A stretch of 64,000 nt of DNA. It comes from an uncultured delta proteobacterium. Its GTDB lineage: Bacteria > Desulfobacterota > Desulfuromonadia > Desulfuromonadales > BM103. Numbering within the stretch: the first letter of the stretch is position 1; each line of letters begins with the position of its first letter. The stretch covers positions 132,936 through 196,935 of the forward strand of contig CAVQRZ010000025.1 in assembly GCA_963715335.1 (NCBI GenBank), written 5' to 3'. The position numbers and the translations under genes are program-made. Shown in pieces: positions 9,675 through 19,503 of the stretch. Under the pieces are notes generated by a model. The model ran no database searches. It was not told where the DNA came from and saw nothing but the letters and a program-made list of their open reading frames with translations.

Positions 9675-10982
9675 ATGAGCGAAAAAACCTTTCAGAAAAG
9701 AATCGTATCTCCGGCAAAAGTCTTGCGGGGAGAGATATCCGTTCCGGGTGACAAATCGATTTCGCACCGCTCGATCATGCTTGGATCGCTGGCGGAAGGC
9801 ACGACCCGTGTCAGCGGTTTCCTCATGGGCGAAGACAACCTGTCTACCTGGAAAGCATTCGAGGCCATGGGCGTGGCGATTAGTCAGACCGGTGCCGATG
9901 CGCTCGAAATAACAGGTGTCGGGATCGACGGACTTGCAGAGCCTGGAAACGTGATCGATTGCGGTAATTCAGGAACGACAATGCGCCTGATGTCAGGGTT
10001 GCTCGCCGGACAGAACTTTTTCTCAGTCCTCACAGGTGACAAGTACCTCCGAAAAAGGCCAATGAAGAGAGTCGTCACGCCACTGACTGCCATGGGCGCC
10101 CGGATCTGGGGTCGTGATGGCGGTGAGAGGGCGCCACTGGCTATCCGGGGAGGTTCCCTCACACCGCTCAACTATGCATCGCCAGTCTCCAGTGCACAGG
10201 TGAAGTCTGCAATCCTTCTGGCCGGCCTGTCAGTGGAGGGAGAAACAACGGTGACGGAGCCACACTTGTCGCGTGATCACAGCGAGCGCATGCTGACATG
10301 TTTCGGGGCCGATGTCCGGCCGTTCGAGGGAGGCGTCACTTTGCTTGGCAGGCCTCGACTGGCTGCGCAGCAGATCACGGTTCCCGGAGACATTTCATCA
10401 GCAGCCTTTTTCATGGTTGCCGGGCTAATTACACCCGGTGCCGAGCTTCTGATCCGCAATGTTGGTATCAACCCGACCCGTAGCGGAGTGATTGATATCC
10501 TGACGGCCATGGGTGGGCGACTCGAATTGCACGATATCAGGGAGCAGTCGGGAGAACCGGTTGCCGATGTCCTGGTTCGCTATAGCCAACTCAAAGCAAT
10601 AGATATCCATGGTGACATGGTCCCTCGCGCCATAGATGAATTCCCGGTAATCAGTGTCGCCGCTGCCCTGGCAGAGGGAACGACCACCATCCGCGAAGCC
10701 GAAGAGCTGCGCGTTAAGGAAACCGACCGCATCGCCGCCATGGTCAGCGAGTTGACGAAGATTGGCGGACAGGTTGAAGCACGCCCCGATGGGATGGTGA
10801 TCAACGGGGTTGAGCGTTTTGACGGTGCGACCGTTTCTTCACACGGGGATCACCGTATTGCCATGAGCATGGCCGTGGCCGCTCTTTCCGCTGTCGGTGG
10901 GGTAACGATCGAGGATACGGGCTGCACGGAGACTTCGTTCCCCGGTTTCTGGGAACTGATTGAAAAGATTCGTGGCGCGTAG
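9675..10982 (+). CDS. aroA: 3-phosphoshikimate 1-carboxyvinyltransferase (EPSP synthase)
   Basis: PGDKSISHR, GNSGTTMRL, SAQVKSA, RVKETDRI, DHRIAMS motifs. Confidence 0.98.
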   Translation: MSEKTFQKRIVSPAKVLRGEISVPGDKSISHRSIMLGSLAEGTTRVSGFLMGEDNLSTWKAFEAMGVAISQTGADALEITGVGIDGLAEPGNVIDCGNSGTTMRLMSGLLAGQNFFSVLTGDKYLRKRPMKRVVTPLTAMGARIWGRDGGERAPLAIRGGSLTPLNYASPVSSAQVKSAILLAGLSVEGETTVTEPHLSRDHSERMLTCFGADVRPFEGGVTLLGRPRLAAQQITVPGDISSAAFFMVAGLITPGAELLIRNVGINPTRSGVIDILTAMGGRLELHDIREQSGEPVADVLVRYSQLKAIDIHGDMVPRAIDEFPVISVAAALAEGTTTIREAEELRVKETDRIAAMVSELTKIGGQVEARPDGMVINGVERFDGATVSSHGDHRIAMSMAVAALSAVGGVTIEDTGCTETSFPGFWELIEKIRGA

Positions 10983-11120
10983 CGCGTGGCGTGACAACCA
11001 AAATGCTAAAACTACGAGAGGAACAATTTCCAAGAATGTTTTTGACATACAAACAACTGAATTCATGCACTGATAAATATTCGTTTTTCCTCGCGCCACG
11101 CGCCACGTGCCACGCGCCAC
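10971..11120 (+). repeat. Heptamer inverted-repeat element with about 100-nt AT-rich spacer at the aroA-cmk junction
   Basis: Left arm cgtggcg cgtagcg cgtggcg (contains the aroA TAG); right arm cgccacg cgccacg tgccacg cgccac, ending 10 nt before the cmk ATG. Confidence 0.9.
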
Positions 11121-11130
11121 TTTTTCAACC

Positions 11131-11826
11131 ATGAAAAAATTCATCATCGCCATAGACGGTCCTTCCGGAGTCGGTAAAAGCACCCTCAGCAAGCTGCTTG
11201 CCCGGGAACTCGGTTATCTCAACCTGGACACAGGAGCGATGTACCGGGCGGTTGCTCTGGCGGCGTCCCGTGGCGGAATCGACGCCAATGACCACGCTGC
11301 CCTGCAAAAACTCTGCAAAGACATTTTTATAAAATTTGCCCGTAAGGGTAATGATGAGGTTGTCCTGTTGAACGGCGAAGATGTCTCCAGAGCAATCCGT
11401 ACCCCGGAAATCAGCCTTCTGACCGCAGCCGTTGCGGCCTGCCCGGAGGTACGCAAGGCGATGGTTGAACGACAGAGAGAACTTGGCAACGCGGGCGGAG
11501 TGGTTCTCGAGGGGCGTGATATCGGGACTGTGGTTTTCCCTCAGGCGGACGTGAAATTTTTTCTTAAGGCTTCCTCGGAAGTGCGCGGACAGAGGAGGTT
11601 TTTAGAGCTTCAGTCACAGGGCGCAGAGGTTGGCCTGGCACGGACTATTGCCGATGTTAAAGCACGCGACAATGCCGATATTAACCGTTTGACTTCACCG
11701 CTGAAGCAGGCTGATGATGCTGTACTGATCGATACCACAGAGCTCGATATCCCCCAGGTCCTCGAACATATGCTCACGGTCATTCATGAAACCTGCAACC
11801 CAGGTCAAGCTGGCCAGCCCGGTTGA
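11131..11826 (+). CDS. cmk: Cytidylate kinase
   Basis: IAIDGPSGVGKST P-loop, LDTGAMYRA, EGRDIGTVVFP. Confidence 0.97.
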   Translation: MKKFIIAIDGPSGVGKSTLSKLLARELGYLNLDTGAMYRAVALAASRGGIDANDHAALQKLCKDIFIKFARKGNDEVVLLNGEDVSRAIRTPEISLLTAAVAACPEVRKAMVERQRELGNAGGVVLEGRDIGTVVFPQADVKFFLKASSEVRGQRRFLELQSQGAEVGLARTIADVKARDNADINRLTSPLKQADDAVLIDTTELDIPQVLEHMLTVIHETCNPGQAGQPG

Positions 11827-11829
11827 TCC

Positions 11830-12669
11830 ATGGAAATTATTCTCGCCAAAAGCGCCGGCTTCTGCTTCGGCGTAAGACGTGCCACCCAAATGGCTTTCGA
11901 AGCTGCTGCTGAACATGAGCATATCTGCTCTCTCGGGCCGGTGATTCATTCACCACAGGTTGTCAAGGGCTTGGCTGAACAGGGAGTCAGGGTTGTTGCC
12001 AATGTTGAGGATATCCCCCCCGGTTCGGTGATTATCCGTTCCCATGGCGTGACTGCCGAAGAGATGGACAAGATCCAGAAAAACAACCTGACAATTGTCG
12101 ATGCCACCTGTCCGTTTGTCAAAAAAGCCCAGGAGTACGCATCCCGGCTCAGTGAAGAGGGGTACACCGTCGTCATTGTCGGTGAGCTTGAACATCCTGA
12201 AGTGCAGGGGATTGTTTCCTATTCGGACGGTGCCGTCGTGCATGTTGTAGCCGATGCCAAACAAGCTGAATCCCTGCCGCGAATGAAGAAGGTCGGGATC
12301 GTCGCACAGACTACGCAGCTTTATGAAAACCTTAAGGATATTATGGATGTTTGTCTGGCAAAAAGCCAGGAACTGAGGGTTTTCAATACTATCTGTGACG
12401 CAACATCGGTTCGCCAGAACGAAGCGAGAGAGATTGCCCGGGCCGTAGACCTGATGTTCGTAATCGGTGGTCAGGCCAGTGCCAACACATCACGCTTGGC
12501 AAGCATCTGCAGGGAAATCCAGCCGCAGACCTGGCATGTCGAAACTGCTGAAGAAATCAGCCCTGACTATTTTGAGGATATCCGGAAGGTCGGCGTGACT
12601 GCCGGCGCATCAACACCGCGCTGGTTGATTGATGAAGTTATTGCAAGGATTGCTGAACTGGGAAAATAA
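11830..12669 (+). CDS. ispH: 4-hydroxy-3-methylbut-2-enyl diphosphate reductase
   Basis: GFCFGV, DATCPFV, TICDAT, GVTAGASTP motifs. Confidence 0.97.
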   Translation: MEIILAKSAGFCFGVRRATQMAFEAAAEHEHICSLGPVIHSPQVVKGLAEQGVRVVANVEDIPPGSVIIRSHGVTAEEMDKIQKNNLTIVDATCPFVKKAQEYASRLSEEGYTVVIVGELEHPEVQGIVSYSDGAVVHVVADAKQAESLPRMKKVGIVAQTTQLYENLKDIMDVCLAKSQELRVFNTICDATSVRQNEAREIARAVDLMFVIGGQASANTSRLASICREIQPQTWHVETAEEISPDYFEDIRKVGVTAGASTPRWLIDEVIARIAELGK

Positions 12670-12770
12670 TAGTTTGAGTTTTCCCGGGACCTATGCTATC
12701 TTCGCCGACCAATGGCCTGAGAGCCATACCACCGTTTTTACGGTGGAAATTGCTAGGGGGTAACTGGTTA

Positions 12771-14486
12771 ATGGTGGAAAGTAACGACACAACCAACAAC
12801 GAAACAGAAGAAATGGAAATGGAGCAGGACTTCGAGTCACTGTTCGAAAGCAGCATGCAGGAATTGCATGTTGGCGATGTAGTCCGCGGAACAATTGTAC
12901 AGGTCAATGATGACAACGTAGTTGTCGATGTTGGGTACAAGTCGGAAGGGGTCATCCCCCTTGTCGAGTTCAAGGATGAAGCAGGCAAAATCGACGTAAA
13001 CGTCGGTGACGAAATCGATGTCCTTTTCGAACGCCGTGAGAATGAAAGCGGTTTAATCGGACTCTCTAAGGAAAAAGCAGATCGCCAGAAGATCTGGGGT
13101 TCTCTGGAAGAGGGCGCCGTTGTTGAAGGCAAGATTGTTGGCCGTATCAAGGGTGGCTTGACTGTCGATATCGGCATCAACGCGTTTCTGCCCGGGTCGC
13201 AGGTTGATCTACGCCCGGTTCGCAACCTTGAGAAGCTACTGGGTGCGACCTTCAAGTTCAAGATTATCAAGCTGAACAAGCGGCGGGGTAATATTGTGCT
13301 TTCCCGTCGTGTGCTCCTCGAAGAGCAACGCGAGACCATGCGTTCCGACACCTTGGAAACCCTTGCTGAAGAGCAGGTCATCGAGGGTATTGTCAAGAAC
13401 CTGACCGATTATGGTTCATTCATCGACCTCGGCGGCATTGATGGCCTTTTGCATATCACGGATATGTCCTGGGGCCGGGTCAACCACCCCTCCGATGTGC
13501 TCACCGTTGGTGAAAAGATCAAGGTCAAGATTCTCAAGTACGATCGCGAACGCGAGCGTGTCTCTCTCGGCTTGAAGCAGATTACTCCCGATCCATGGCT
13601 GGAAGTGGAAACCATCTACCCGGTCGACACCAAGGTCCAGGGCAAGGTGGTCAGCCTGACGGACTACGGCGCATTCGTCGAACTGCAAGATGGCGTTGAA
13701 GGCCTGATACACGTCTCCGAGATGAGTTGGACCAAACGCATCAAACATCCCAACAAACTCCTGACCGTAGGCGATGAGGTAGAAACCGTCGTCCTGGCAC
13801 TGGATACCCCTAACCGGCGCATTTCGCTCGGCCTCAAGCAGATTGAACCGAATCCATGGGAAGTGATCGGCGAGAAATTCCCGCTCGGCACGATTATCGA
13901 AGGTCAGGTCAAGAATATAACCGATTTCGGTGTTTTCGTCGGTGTTGATGAAGGCATTGACGGCCTGGTACATATTTCTGATCTGTCTTGGACGAAACGC
14001 GTCAAACACCCGTCTGAAATCTTTAAAAAAGGTGACACCGTCAAGGCTGTTGTTCTGAATATCGATCGTGAAAACGAACGGTTCTCTCTTGGCCTCAAGC
14101 AGCTTTCTCCCGATCCATGGGAGTCGATTCCCGTGAAGTATGCACCAGGGACCATCGTATCGGGCAAGGCGACTTCGGTCACGGATTTCGGCGTATTTCT
14201 GGAGATCGAAGAGGGGATTGAGGGCTTAATCCATGTCTCCGAACTGAGCCAGGAGAAGGTCGAGAGCCCGAAAGATATAGTCAAAGTCGGCGATGCACTT
14301 GAAGCTGCTGTACTGAACGTTGACACTATGGACCGCAAGATCGCGCTGTCGATCAAACAGCTGACGCAACACAAGGAAAAAGCCGAGGTCCAGGCATTCC
14401 TCGGTGCCCAGAAAAAGGCTACATCCAACCTGGGGGCCCTGCTTCAGGGTGCAATGGACCGCAACGGCGAAGAATCATCAGACTAG
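12771..14486 (+). CDS. rpsA: 30S ribosomal protein S1
   Basis: Repeated S1 domains (GLLHITDMSW, GLIHVSEMSW, GLVHISDLSW); cmk-ispH-rpsA context. Confidence 0.98.
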   Translation: MVESNDTTNNETEEMEMEQDFESLFESSMQELHVGDVVRGTIVQVNDDNVVVDVGYKSEGVIPLVEFKDEAGKIDVNVGDEIDVLFERRENESGLIGLSKEKADRQKIWGSLEEGAVVEGKIVGRIKGGLTVDIGINAFLPGSQVDLRPVRNLEKLLGATFKFKIIKLNKRRGNIVLSRRVLLEEQRETMRSDTLETLAEEQVIEGIVKNLTDYGSFIDLGGIDGLLHITDMSWGRVNHPSDVLTVGEKIKVKILKYDRERERVSLGLKQITPDPWLEVETIYPVDTKVQGKVVSLTDYGAFVELQDGVEGLIHVSEMSWTKRIKHPNKLLTVGDEVETVVLALDTPNRRISLGLKQIEPNPWEVIGEKFPLGTIIEGQVKNITDFGVFVGVDEGIDGLVHISDLSWTKRVKHPSEIFKKGDTVKAVVLNIDRENERFSLGLKQLSPDPWESIPVKYAPGTIVSGKATSVTDFGVFLEIEEGIEGLIHVSELSQEKVESPKDIVKVGDALEAAVLNVDTMDRKIALSIKQLTQHKEKAEVQAFLGAQKKATSNLGALLQGAMDRNGEESSD

Positions 14487-14503
14487 ATCCGCCCACAACT
14501 GTG

Positions 14504-14538
14504 GCGCGTCCCCGTTTTAGCGGGGGCGCGCTTTTTTT
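14504..14538 (+). terminator. Rho-independent terminator after rpsA
   Basis: GCGCGTCCCCG...CGGGGGCGCGC stem followed by T7. Confidence 0.8.
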
Positions 14539-14547
14539 CGGGAAACC

Positions 14548-15438
14548 ATGAAGAAACGACCGTTTCTGCTGGCTTCTGCCCTATTGGCCGGGTGTTTTGT
14601 GTTCTTTTTGGCCCTGGCTGTTACCGTTGCAAGTTTCATGGGGCAGCCAACCAACCTTGTCATTGGCGACAAGGTCGGGATTGTTGAGATTTATGGAGTT
14701 ATAGATGACTCCAAGCAGCTCATCGAACAACTTCACGATTTCCGCGATAATGACAGCATAAAGGCTCTGGTTCTGCGCGTTGATTCTCCCGGTGGCGGAG
14801 TCGGTCCGTCGCAGGAGATTTATGACGAGGTTTTAGCCCTGGACAAACTGAAACCTGTTGTTGTCTCGATGGGCTCGGTTGCCGCTTCGGGCGGCTATTA
14901 CGTCGCTGCGGCGGCCCGAGAGATCGTTGCCAATCCTGGGACGATTACCGGCAGCATCGGCGTCATCATGGAGTTTGCCAATTTCCAGCAATTACTCGAA
15001 AAGATCGGCCTGAGCAGCGATGTTGTCAAGAGCGGTCCTTATAAGGACATCGGTTCGCCAACCCGTGAAATGTCAGCCGCGGAACGGGCAATCCTGCAGG
15101 ATCTGATCGACGATGTGCACAGCCAGTTTGTCAGTTCGGTTGCTGAAGGCAGAGCGCTGGATGAACAGGCTGTCAGGTTAATTGCTGACGGGCGAATTTT
15201 TTCCGGGCGCAAGGCAATGGAACTCGGCCTGGTCGACAGGATGGGCAACCTGCAGGTAGCTATTAATCGTGCCGCTGAACTGGCTGGCCTCGATGCCGAT
15301 CCGAAGGTTGTTTATCCCCCGGGCAAAAAGCCCAGTTTTATTGACCTGTTCATAGAGGAAACATTGAACCGGCTGCATTACGCCGTGCAGAAGCAGCGGT
15401 CGGTCGGTTTGCAATATCTTTGGCCAGGATTTGATTAG
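14548..15438 (+). CDS. sppA: Signal peptide peptidase SppA (S49 family, short form)
   Basis: VDSPGGGVGPSQEI, AASGGYY, TGSIGV motifs. Confidence 0.95.
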   Translation: MKKRPFLLASALLAGCFVFFLALAVTVASFMGQPTNLVIGDKVGIVEIYGVIDDSKQLIEQLHDFRDNDSIKALVLRVDSPGGGVGPSQEIYDEVLALDKLKPVVVSMGSVAASGGYYVAAAAREIVANPGTITGSIGVIMEFANFQQLLEKIGLSSDVVKSGPYKDIGSPTREMSAAERAILQDLIDDVHSQFVSSVAEGRALDEQAVRLIADGRIFSGRKAMELGLVDRMGNLQVAINRAAELAGLDADPKVVYPPGKKPSFIDLFIEETLNRLHYAVQKQRSVGLQYLWPGFD

Positions 15439-15448
15439 GAGGTCTGCC

Positions 15449-15730
15449 ATGACTAAGAGTGAGTTGATTGAACAACTGACAGTGGACAATGATGTTCTCA
15501 ACAAGCGGGAAGCCGAACTGATCGTCAATTCCATATTTGACAGCATCGGCCAGGCTCTTGTTGGAGGGGACCGGGTCGAGATACGTGGTTTTGGCTCTTT
15601 CACCGTGCGCGAGCGTGGTGCCCGAGAGGCACGCAACCCGAAAAGTGGTGATATTGTCAAGATTACTGCGAAAAAGACGCCATTTTTCAAAACCGGTAAA
15701 GAATTGCGCGAACGCGTCAATGTGGACTGA
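15449..15730 (+). CDS. ihfB: Integration host factor beta subunit
   Basis: MTKSELIE, RVEIRGFGSF, ARNPKSG, FKTGKELRERV; SD AGGAGG. Confidence 0.93.
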   Translation: MTKSELIEQLTVDNDVLNKREAELIVNSIFDSIGQALVGGDRVEIRGFGSFTVRERGAREARNPKSGDIVKITAKKTPFFKTGKELRERVNVD

Positions 15731-15768
15731 TTTGCTGAGTTCTTGAATTTTGTTGTCGGCGTAAAACA

Positions 15769-15806
15769 AGCGAGGCCCCGTTCATAAAACGGGGCCTCGC
15801 TATTTT
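15769..15806. terminator. Bidirectional terminator between ihfB and 6S RNA
   Basis: AGCGAGGCCCCGTT / AACGGGGCCTCGCT 14-bp stem flanked by A and T runs. Confidence 0.8.
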
Positions 15807-15810
15807 CAAG

Positions 15811-15990
15811 CAACCTCCGGAATACCGAAGCATACTCCCTAGAGAGGACCTGTGAATCTTCATATTACCCGGGATGGGTGTTTCAGGCTTCCCACTCGTG
15901 GGTGGGCTTGCTCACCACAGCCCGACTCCAGGCAAGAAATCGTTCAGTTGGTCAGCACAATCAGGAATAAGTCGCGCATTCCAGAGGTTG
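15811..15990 (-). ncRNA. ssrS: 6S RNA
   Basis: 180 nt with complementary ends (CAACCTCTGGAATGC...GTATTCCGGAGGTTG). Internal TGTGGTGAGCAAGCCC...GGGAAGCCTGAAAC resembles the E. coli 6S segment GTTGGTGAGCATGCTC...GAGAAGCCTTAAAAC. Has its own sigma70 promoter upstream. Confidence 0.85.
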
Positions 15991-16018
15991 TCAAAGATCT
16001 TGGTGGCATCTGACTCAC

Positions 16019-16046
16019 ATGCTAGCATAGCTTATCCCCCTGTCAA
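16019..16046 (-). promoter_or_regulatory. Sigma70-type promoter of 6S RNA
   Basis: Minus strand TTGACA-16 nt-TAGCAT with extended TG. Confidence 0.6.
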
Positions 16047-16105
16047 CAGTGCCCGTGAGGTTTTTTTAGAATTCATTCATGATGGGTCTGCTCCGGTAGA
16101 ATGAA

Positions 16106-17047
16106 ATGAAACAGTCGAACAAAACGATTCAATCCGGTGTTTACCGTTTTACGGTGACGGATGAGTATTCCGGACTCCGTCTCGACCAGTATCTTAATGA
16201 GGCCGGTGCAGATTTTTCAAGGACCCTCGCGCGCCAGGTTATCGACATTGGCGGCGTTCACCTGTCTGGCAGACGTGTGCGTCGCTGCAGCGAGGCGGTC
16301 AGTGCCGGCGACAAAATTGAAGTATATATTGACACTCTGCCCCTGGATCCAATCCCGCTCAATCATGAAAGAGTCATCTACCGCGACCAGTACCTGATAG
16401 TTCTGGACAAGCCTGCAGGTATGCCAACCCAGCCGACCCCGGCTCGCTACAAAGGCACCGTTTATTCGGAGTTGCAGAAGTTGCTCGGTGATCCGCAGCG
16501 CAGGGGGCAGCGCCCGAGCATCGGCATGGTTCAGCGCCTCGATCAGGACACTTCTGGAGTAATGGTCTTTTCGATTCACCCCAGGGCACACAAGAAGATG
16601 ACGGAACAGTTCCGTGGTCACCAGATCGACAAGACCTACTGGGCGTTGATCGATGGGGTGCCGGATGCAGCGGAAGGGAAATTCTGTTCTCAACTGGCCA
16701 GACGTCGCTCTACCAACCTGATGGTGTCCGTGGCAAAGGGTGGCAAGCCGTCGGAAACCCGCTACCGTCTGCTTAAGTCGATGAATGGCGTCAGCATGGT
16801 GGAAGTCGATCTCATAACCGGGCGTTCGCACCAGATCCGGGTACATTTCTCCGAAGCGGGCTTGCCGTTACTGGGTGACCCGGCATATGGAGGACCGAAG
16901 CGCGTTGCTGAACTTGTCATTCCCCGCCAGATGCTGCATGCCAGGGCGTTGGCCTTCCTACACCCGGTAACCGGTGAAAAAAGGCTTTTCACCGCGCCAC
17001 TGCCAGAGGATTTCTCATCCGTTCTGCAATCTCTTGATGTTGCTTGA
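16106..17047 (+). CDS. RluA/RluD family pseudouridine synthase
   Basis: N-terminal S4-like RLDQYL, KPAG, catalytic QRLDQDTSG, TGRSHQIRVH, GDPAYG. Confidence 0.93.
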   Translation: MKQSNKTIQSGVYRFTVTDEYSGLRLDQYLNEAGADFSRTLARQVIDIGGVHLSGRRVRRCSEAVSAGDKIEVYIDTLPLDPIPLNHERVIYRDQYLIVLDKPAGMPTQPTPARYKGTVYSELQKLLGDPQRRGQRPSIGMVQRLDQDTSGVMVFSIHPRAHKKMTEQFRGHQIDKTYWALIDGVPDAAEGKFCSQLARRRSTNLMVSVAKGGKPSETRYRLLKSMNGVSMVEVDLITGRSHQIRVHFSEAGLPLLGDPAYGGPKRVAELVIPRQMLHARALAFLHPVTGEKRLFTAPLPEDFSSVLQSLDVA

Positions 17048-17082
17048 ACGGCTACCAAGGATAAGGTATTGTATCGCCCGTC

Positions 17083-17868
17083 ATGATGACTTCTCCGCAC
17101 ATTGATCCGGTTATCTTTCAAATAGGCCCCCTGGCCGTACGTTGGTACGGGTTGATGTACCTGCTTGGTTTTGCCGCGTCGTACACGCTGATTCGACACC
17201 TTGCGCGGCTGCGCAACCTGGCCCTGGACAAAGAGGGTGTCTCGGATCTATTGTTTTACGGGGTCCTCGGTGTCGTATTCGGCGGTCGTCTTGGATATGT
17301 CCTCTTCTACAACCCGGCGCAATATCTGTCCCGTCCTCAGGATATCTTTGCCATATGGCAAGGGGGAATGAGTTTCCACGGCGGATTGCTGGGCGTCGTG
17401 GTCGCGTCGCTGATATTTTGTCGACGCAGAAGACTGCCGGTCCTGCTGACCGGGGACATCCTGGTTGCTTCTGCGCCTATCGGCCTCGGCCTCGGGCGTT
17501 TGGGCAATTTTATTAATGGCGAATTGTGGGGGCGGGTGACAGATCACCCATGGGGGATGGTTTTCCCTGGCGGGGGCGCATTGCCGCGCCACCCCAGCCA
17601 GCTGTACGAAGCTTTTTTCGAAGGGCTAGTCCTGTTTATCATCCTCTATGTGCTGCACCGACGCAAGGCCGCTGCCGGGATACCATTCTTCAGCTTTTTT
17701 ATCGGTTACGGGTTGTTTCGGTTCTTGATTGAATTCGTTCGGCAACCGGATACACACCTCGGTTTTCTCTGGGGCGGGGCGACGATGGGCCAGCTGCTTT
17801 CGCTGCCGATGATCCTATTCGGGCTGATCGGCTGTGTCTACATCTCTCGCCGGAGACACCACTCATGA
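17083..17868 (+). CDS. lgt: Prolipoprotein diacylglyceryl transferase
   Basis: RWYGLMY, GGRLGYVLFY, GMSFHGG, GRLGNFINGELWG, HPSQLYE. Confidence 0.97.
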   Translation: MMTSPHIDPVIFQIGPLAVRWYGLMYLLGFAASYTLIRHLARLRNLALDKEGVSDLLFYGVLGVVFGGRLGYVLFYNPAQYLSRPQDIFAIWQGGMSFHGGLLGVVVASLIFCRRRRLPVLLTGDILVASAPIGLGLGRLGNFINGELWGRVTDHPWGMVFPGGGALPRHPSQLYEAFFEGLVLFIILYVLHRRKAAAGIPFFSFFIGYGLFRFLIEFVRQPDTHLGFLWGGATMGQLLSLPMILFGLIGCVYISRRRHHS

Positions 17869-18488
17869 ATGGGGTTCAGGGGATCGTTTTCGATTGTGAC
17901 GGTGTCCTTTTCGAAAGTCGTAAAGCCAACCTGGCGTATTACAACACCGTCCTGGCACATTTCGACGAGCCTCCGGTGAACGAATCCGATCGTGCGAAGG
18001 CACATCTCTGCCACACTGCAGCCAGCACAAGTGTCCTTTTGCACCTGTTGGGTGAGCAACGTGCAACACAGGCCTTGTCCGTAGCTGCGGAGCTCGATTA
18101 TCGACAGTTCATACCCTACATGGAACCTGAGCCGGGTGTGCGCGAGGCGCTCGCAAAACTGTCCGGATCTTATCCTCTGGCGATCGCAACGAACCGAGGG
18201 GACAGCATGCTCGTCATCCTTGAACATTTTGGCTTGAGCAGTTACTTCTCTGCGGTTGTCACCAGTCGTGACGTTACTCACCCAAAGCCCGCACCAGATA
18301 TGCTTTACGAGGCTGCAAAAAGGCTGCAACTAGTGCCAAGCGAGCTGCTGTTTGTGGGTGATTCCGAGTTGGATCAGGCTGCAGCGAAATCCGCCGGGAT
18401 GCCTTTCGCTGTCTATCGCCAAGACCTTCTGGCCGACCTGCGGCTGGAACATCATGCAGAATTGGTGACACTGTTTGCCAGTGCATGA
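17865..18488 (+). CDS. HAD-superfamily hydrolase (phosphoglycolate phosphatase-like)
   Basis: FDCDGVL motif I, ATN, KPAP, VGDS..D. Confidence 0.9.
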   Translation: MNGVQGIVFDCDGVLFESRKANLAYYNTVLAHFDEPPVNESDRAKAHLCHTAASTSVLLHLLGEQRATQALSVAAELDYRQFIPYMEPEPGVREALAKLSGSYPLAIATNRGDSMLVILEHFGLSSYFSAVVTSRDVTHPKPAPDMLYEAAKRLQLVPSELLFVGDSELDQAAAKSAGMPFAVYRQDLLADLRLEHHAELVTLFASA

Positions 18489-18528
18489 AGAAATGTCCGG
18501 AAGCGCGGGCATGCACACCTGATTTGAA

Positions 18529-18568
18529 AACAGAAAGGACGCCCTGACAGCAGGACGTCCTTTCTGTT
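18529..18568. terminator. Bidirectional terminator between convergent operons
   Basis: AACAGAAAGGACG...CGTCCTTTCTGTT inverted repeat. Confidence 0.75.
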
Positions 18569-18591
18569 AATAAATGCTCAATGGGCTCGAT

Positions 18592-19011
18592 TTAGAGGGC
18601 CTTTCGCATCTCGAGCACATTGCCGTTGTCGGTCGGCAGATAGGTGATCTCGTCCATGATCGTATGCATGAGATAAATGCCGCGGCCGTGATCGTCGAGC
18701 GGCTTGCCTGGCTCAACGTATTGCTTGATATCAAAGCCCTGCCCGAAATCGAAGACCTTGATGAACAGGTTTTTTTTAAAGATACTGATTTCTATGTGCA
18801 CTTCTTTGGCCGGGTCGCCTTCATTGGCATGCAGAATCGCATTGGCCATTGCTTCGGTCAGCACCAGGTTCAGGTCGTAGGCAAGTTTTTCCCGGTCGCC
18901 ACCGTAGTTGCGGAGTGTGTGTGCAATGTTTTCGCCGATATGACCGATCAGGCAGAGGTAGCGTGTCTGGTTGGGTACTTTTATATCGACTGCAATCCGG
19001 TCAGTTGTCAT
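18592..19011 (-). CDS. RsbW/SpoIIAB-like anti-sigma factor Ser/Thr kinase (HATPase_c)
   Basis: EAMANAILHAN N-box, DFGQGF G1-box, GRGIYLM G2-box. Confidence 0.9.
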   Translation of the reverse strand: MTTDRIAVDIKVPNQTRYLCLIGHIGENIAHTLRNYGGDREKLAYDLNLVLTEAMANAILHANEGDPAKEVHIEISIFKKNLFIKVFDFGQGFDIKQYVEPGKPLDDHGRGIYLMHTIMDEITYLPTDNGNVLEMRKAL

Positions 19012-19056
19012 GACAATAAACTCGAATGCTGTTTGAGGTTTGCTCCGCCTGCCAGG

Positions 19057-19398
19057 CTACTGCTGAAAGCTGGCCAGCGCTTCAACGGAGTCCGTATAGA
19101 TCTCAAAGACCCGGTGCAGACGGGTCAGTTCAAACATTGATTTGACCTGCAGTTGTAGTCCGGCGAGCTTCAGGTTACCATTTCGGGAACTGGCATTTTT
19201 AAATCCTGAGACCAGTGCCCCGAGTCCTGACGAATCAACAAAACGCACCGCCTGAAGATCGACGACCAGGTTGTGTTTTCCTTCTTCAAAGAGCTTGAGC
19301 ATTTGGTTTTTCAACTCTCCGCTGTTATGCGCATCCAGTCGCTCCTCTTCAACCAACAGCAAAACCGCTGCCCCTTTGTCCTCGATCTGCAAATTCAT
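19057..19398 (-). CDS. STAS-domain anti-sigma factor antagonist (RsbV/SpoIIAA-like)
   Basis: RLDA, FVDSSGLGALV phospho-acceptor motif, FELTRL. Confidence 0.93.
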   Translation of the reverse strand: MNLQIEDKGAAVLLLVEEERLDAHNSGELKNQMLKLFEEGKHNLVVDLQAVRFVDSSGLGALVSGFKNASSRNGNLKLAGLQLQVKSMFELTRLHRVFEIYTDSVEALASFQQ

Positions 19399-19503
19399 CT
19401 TGATATGCTCCTTAAATTATTGTGACGATCCTGAAACCGTAGCTTATGCCGTATATAGTACCATAATGCAACTTTGATTCAGAACATTCTCTTGTTGTGG
19501 GAT

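Noticed and set aside
15874..16104. 76-aa plus-strand ORF
   Set aside because: Overlaps the 6S RNA and its promoter on the opposite strand; no protein features
18574..19140. 188-aa plus-strand ORF
   Set aside because: Antisense to the well-supported RsbW-like and STAS genes
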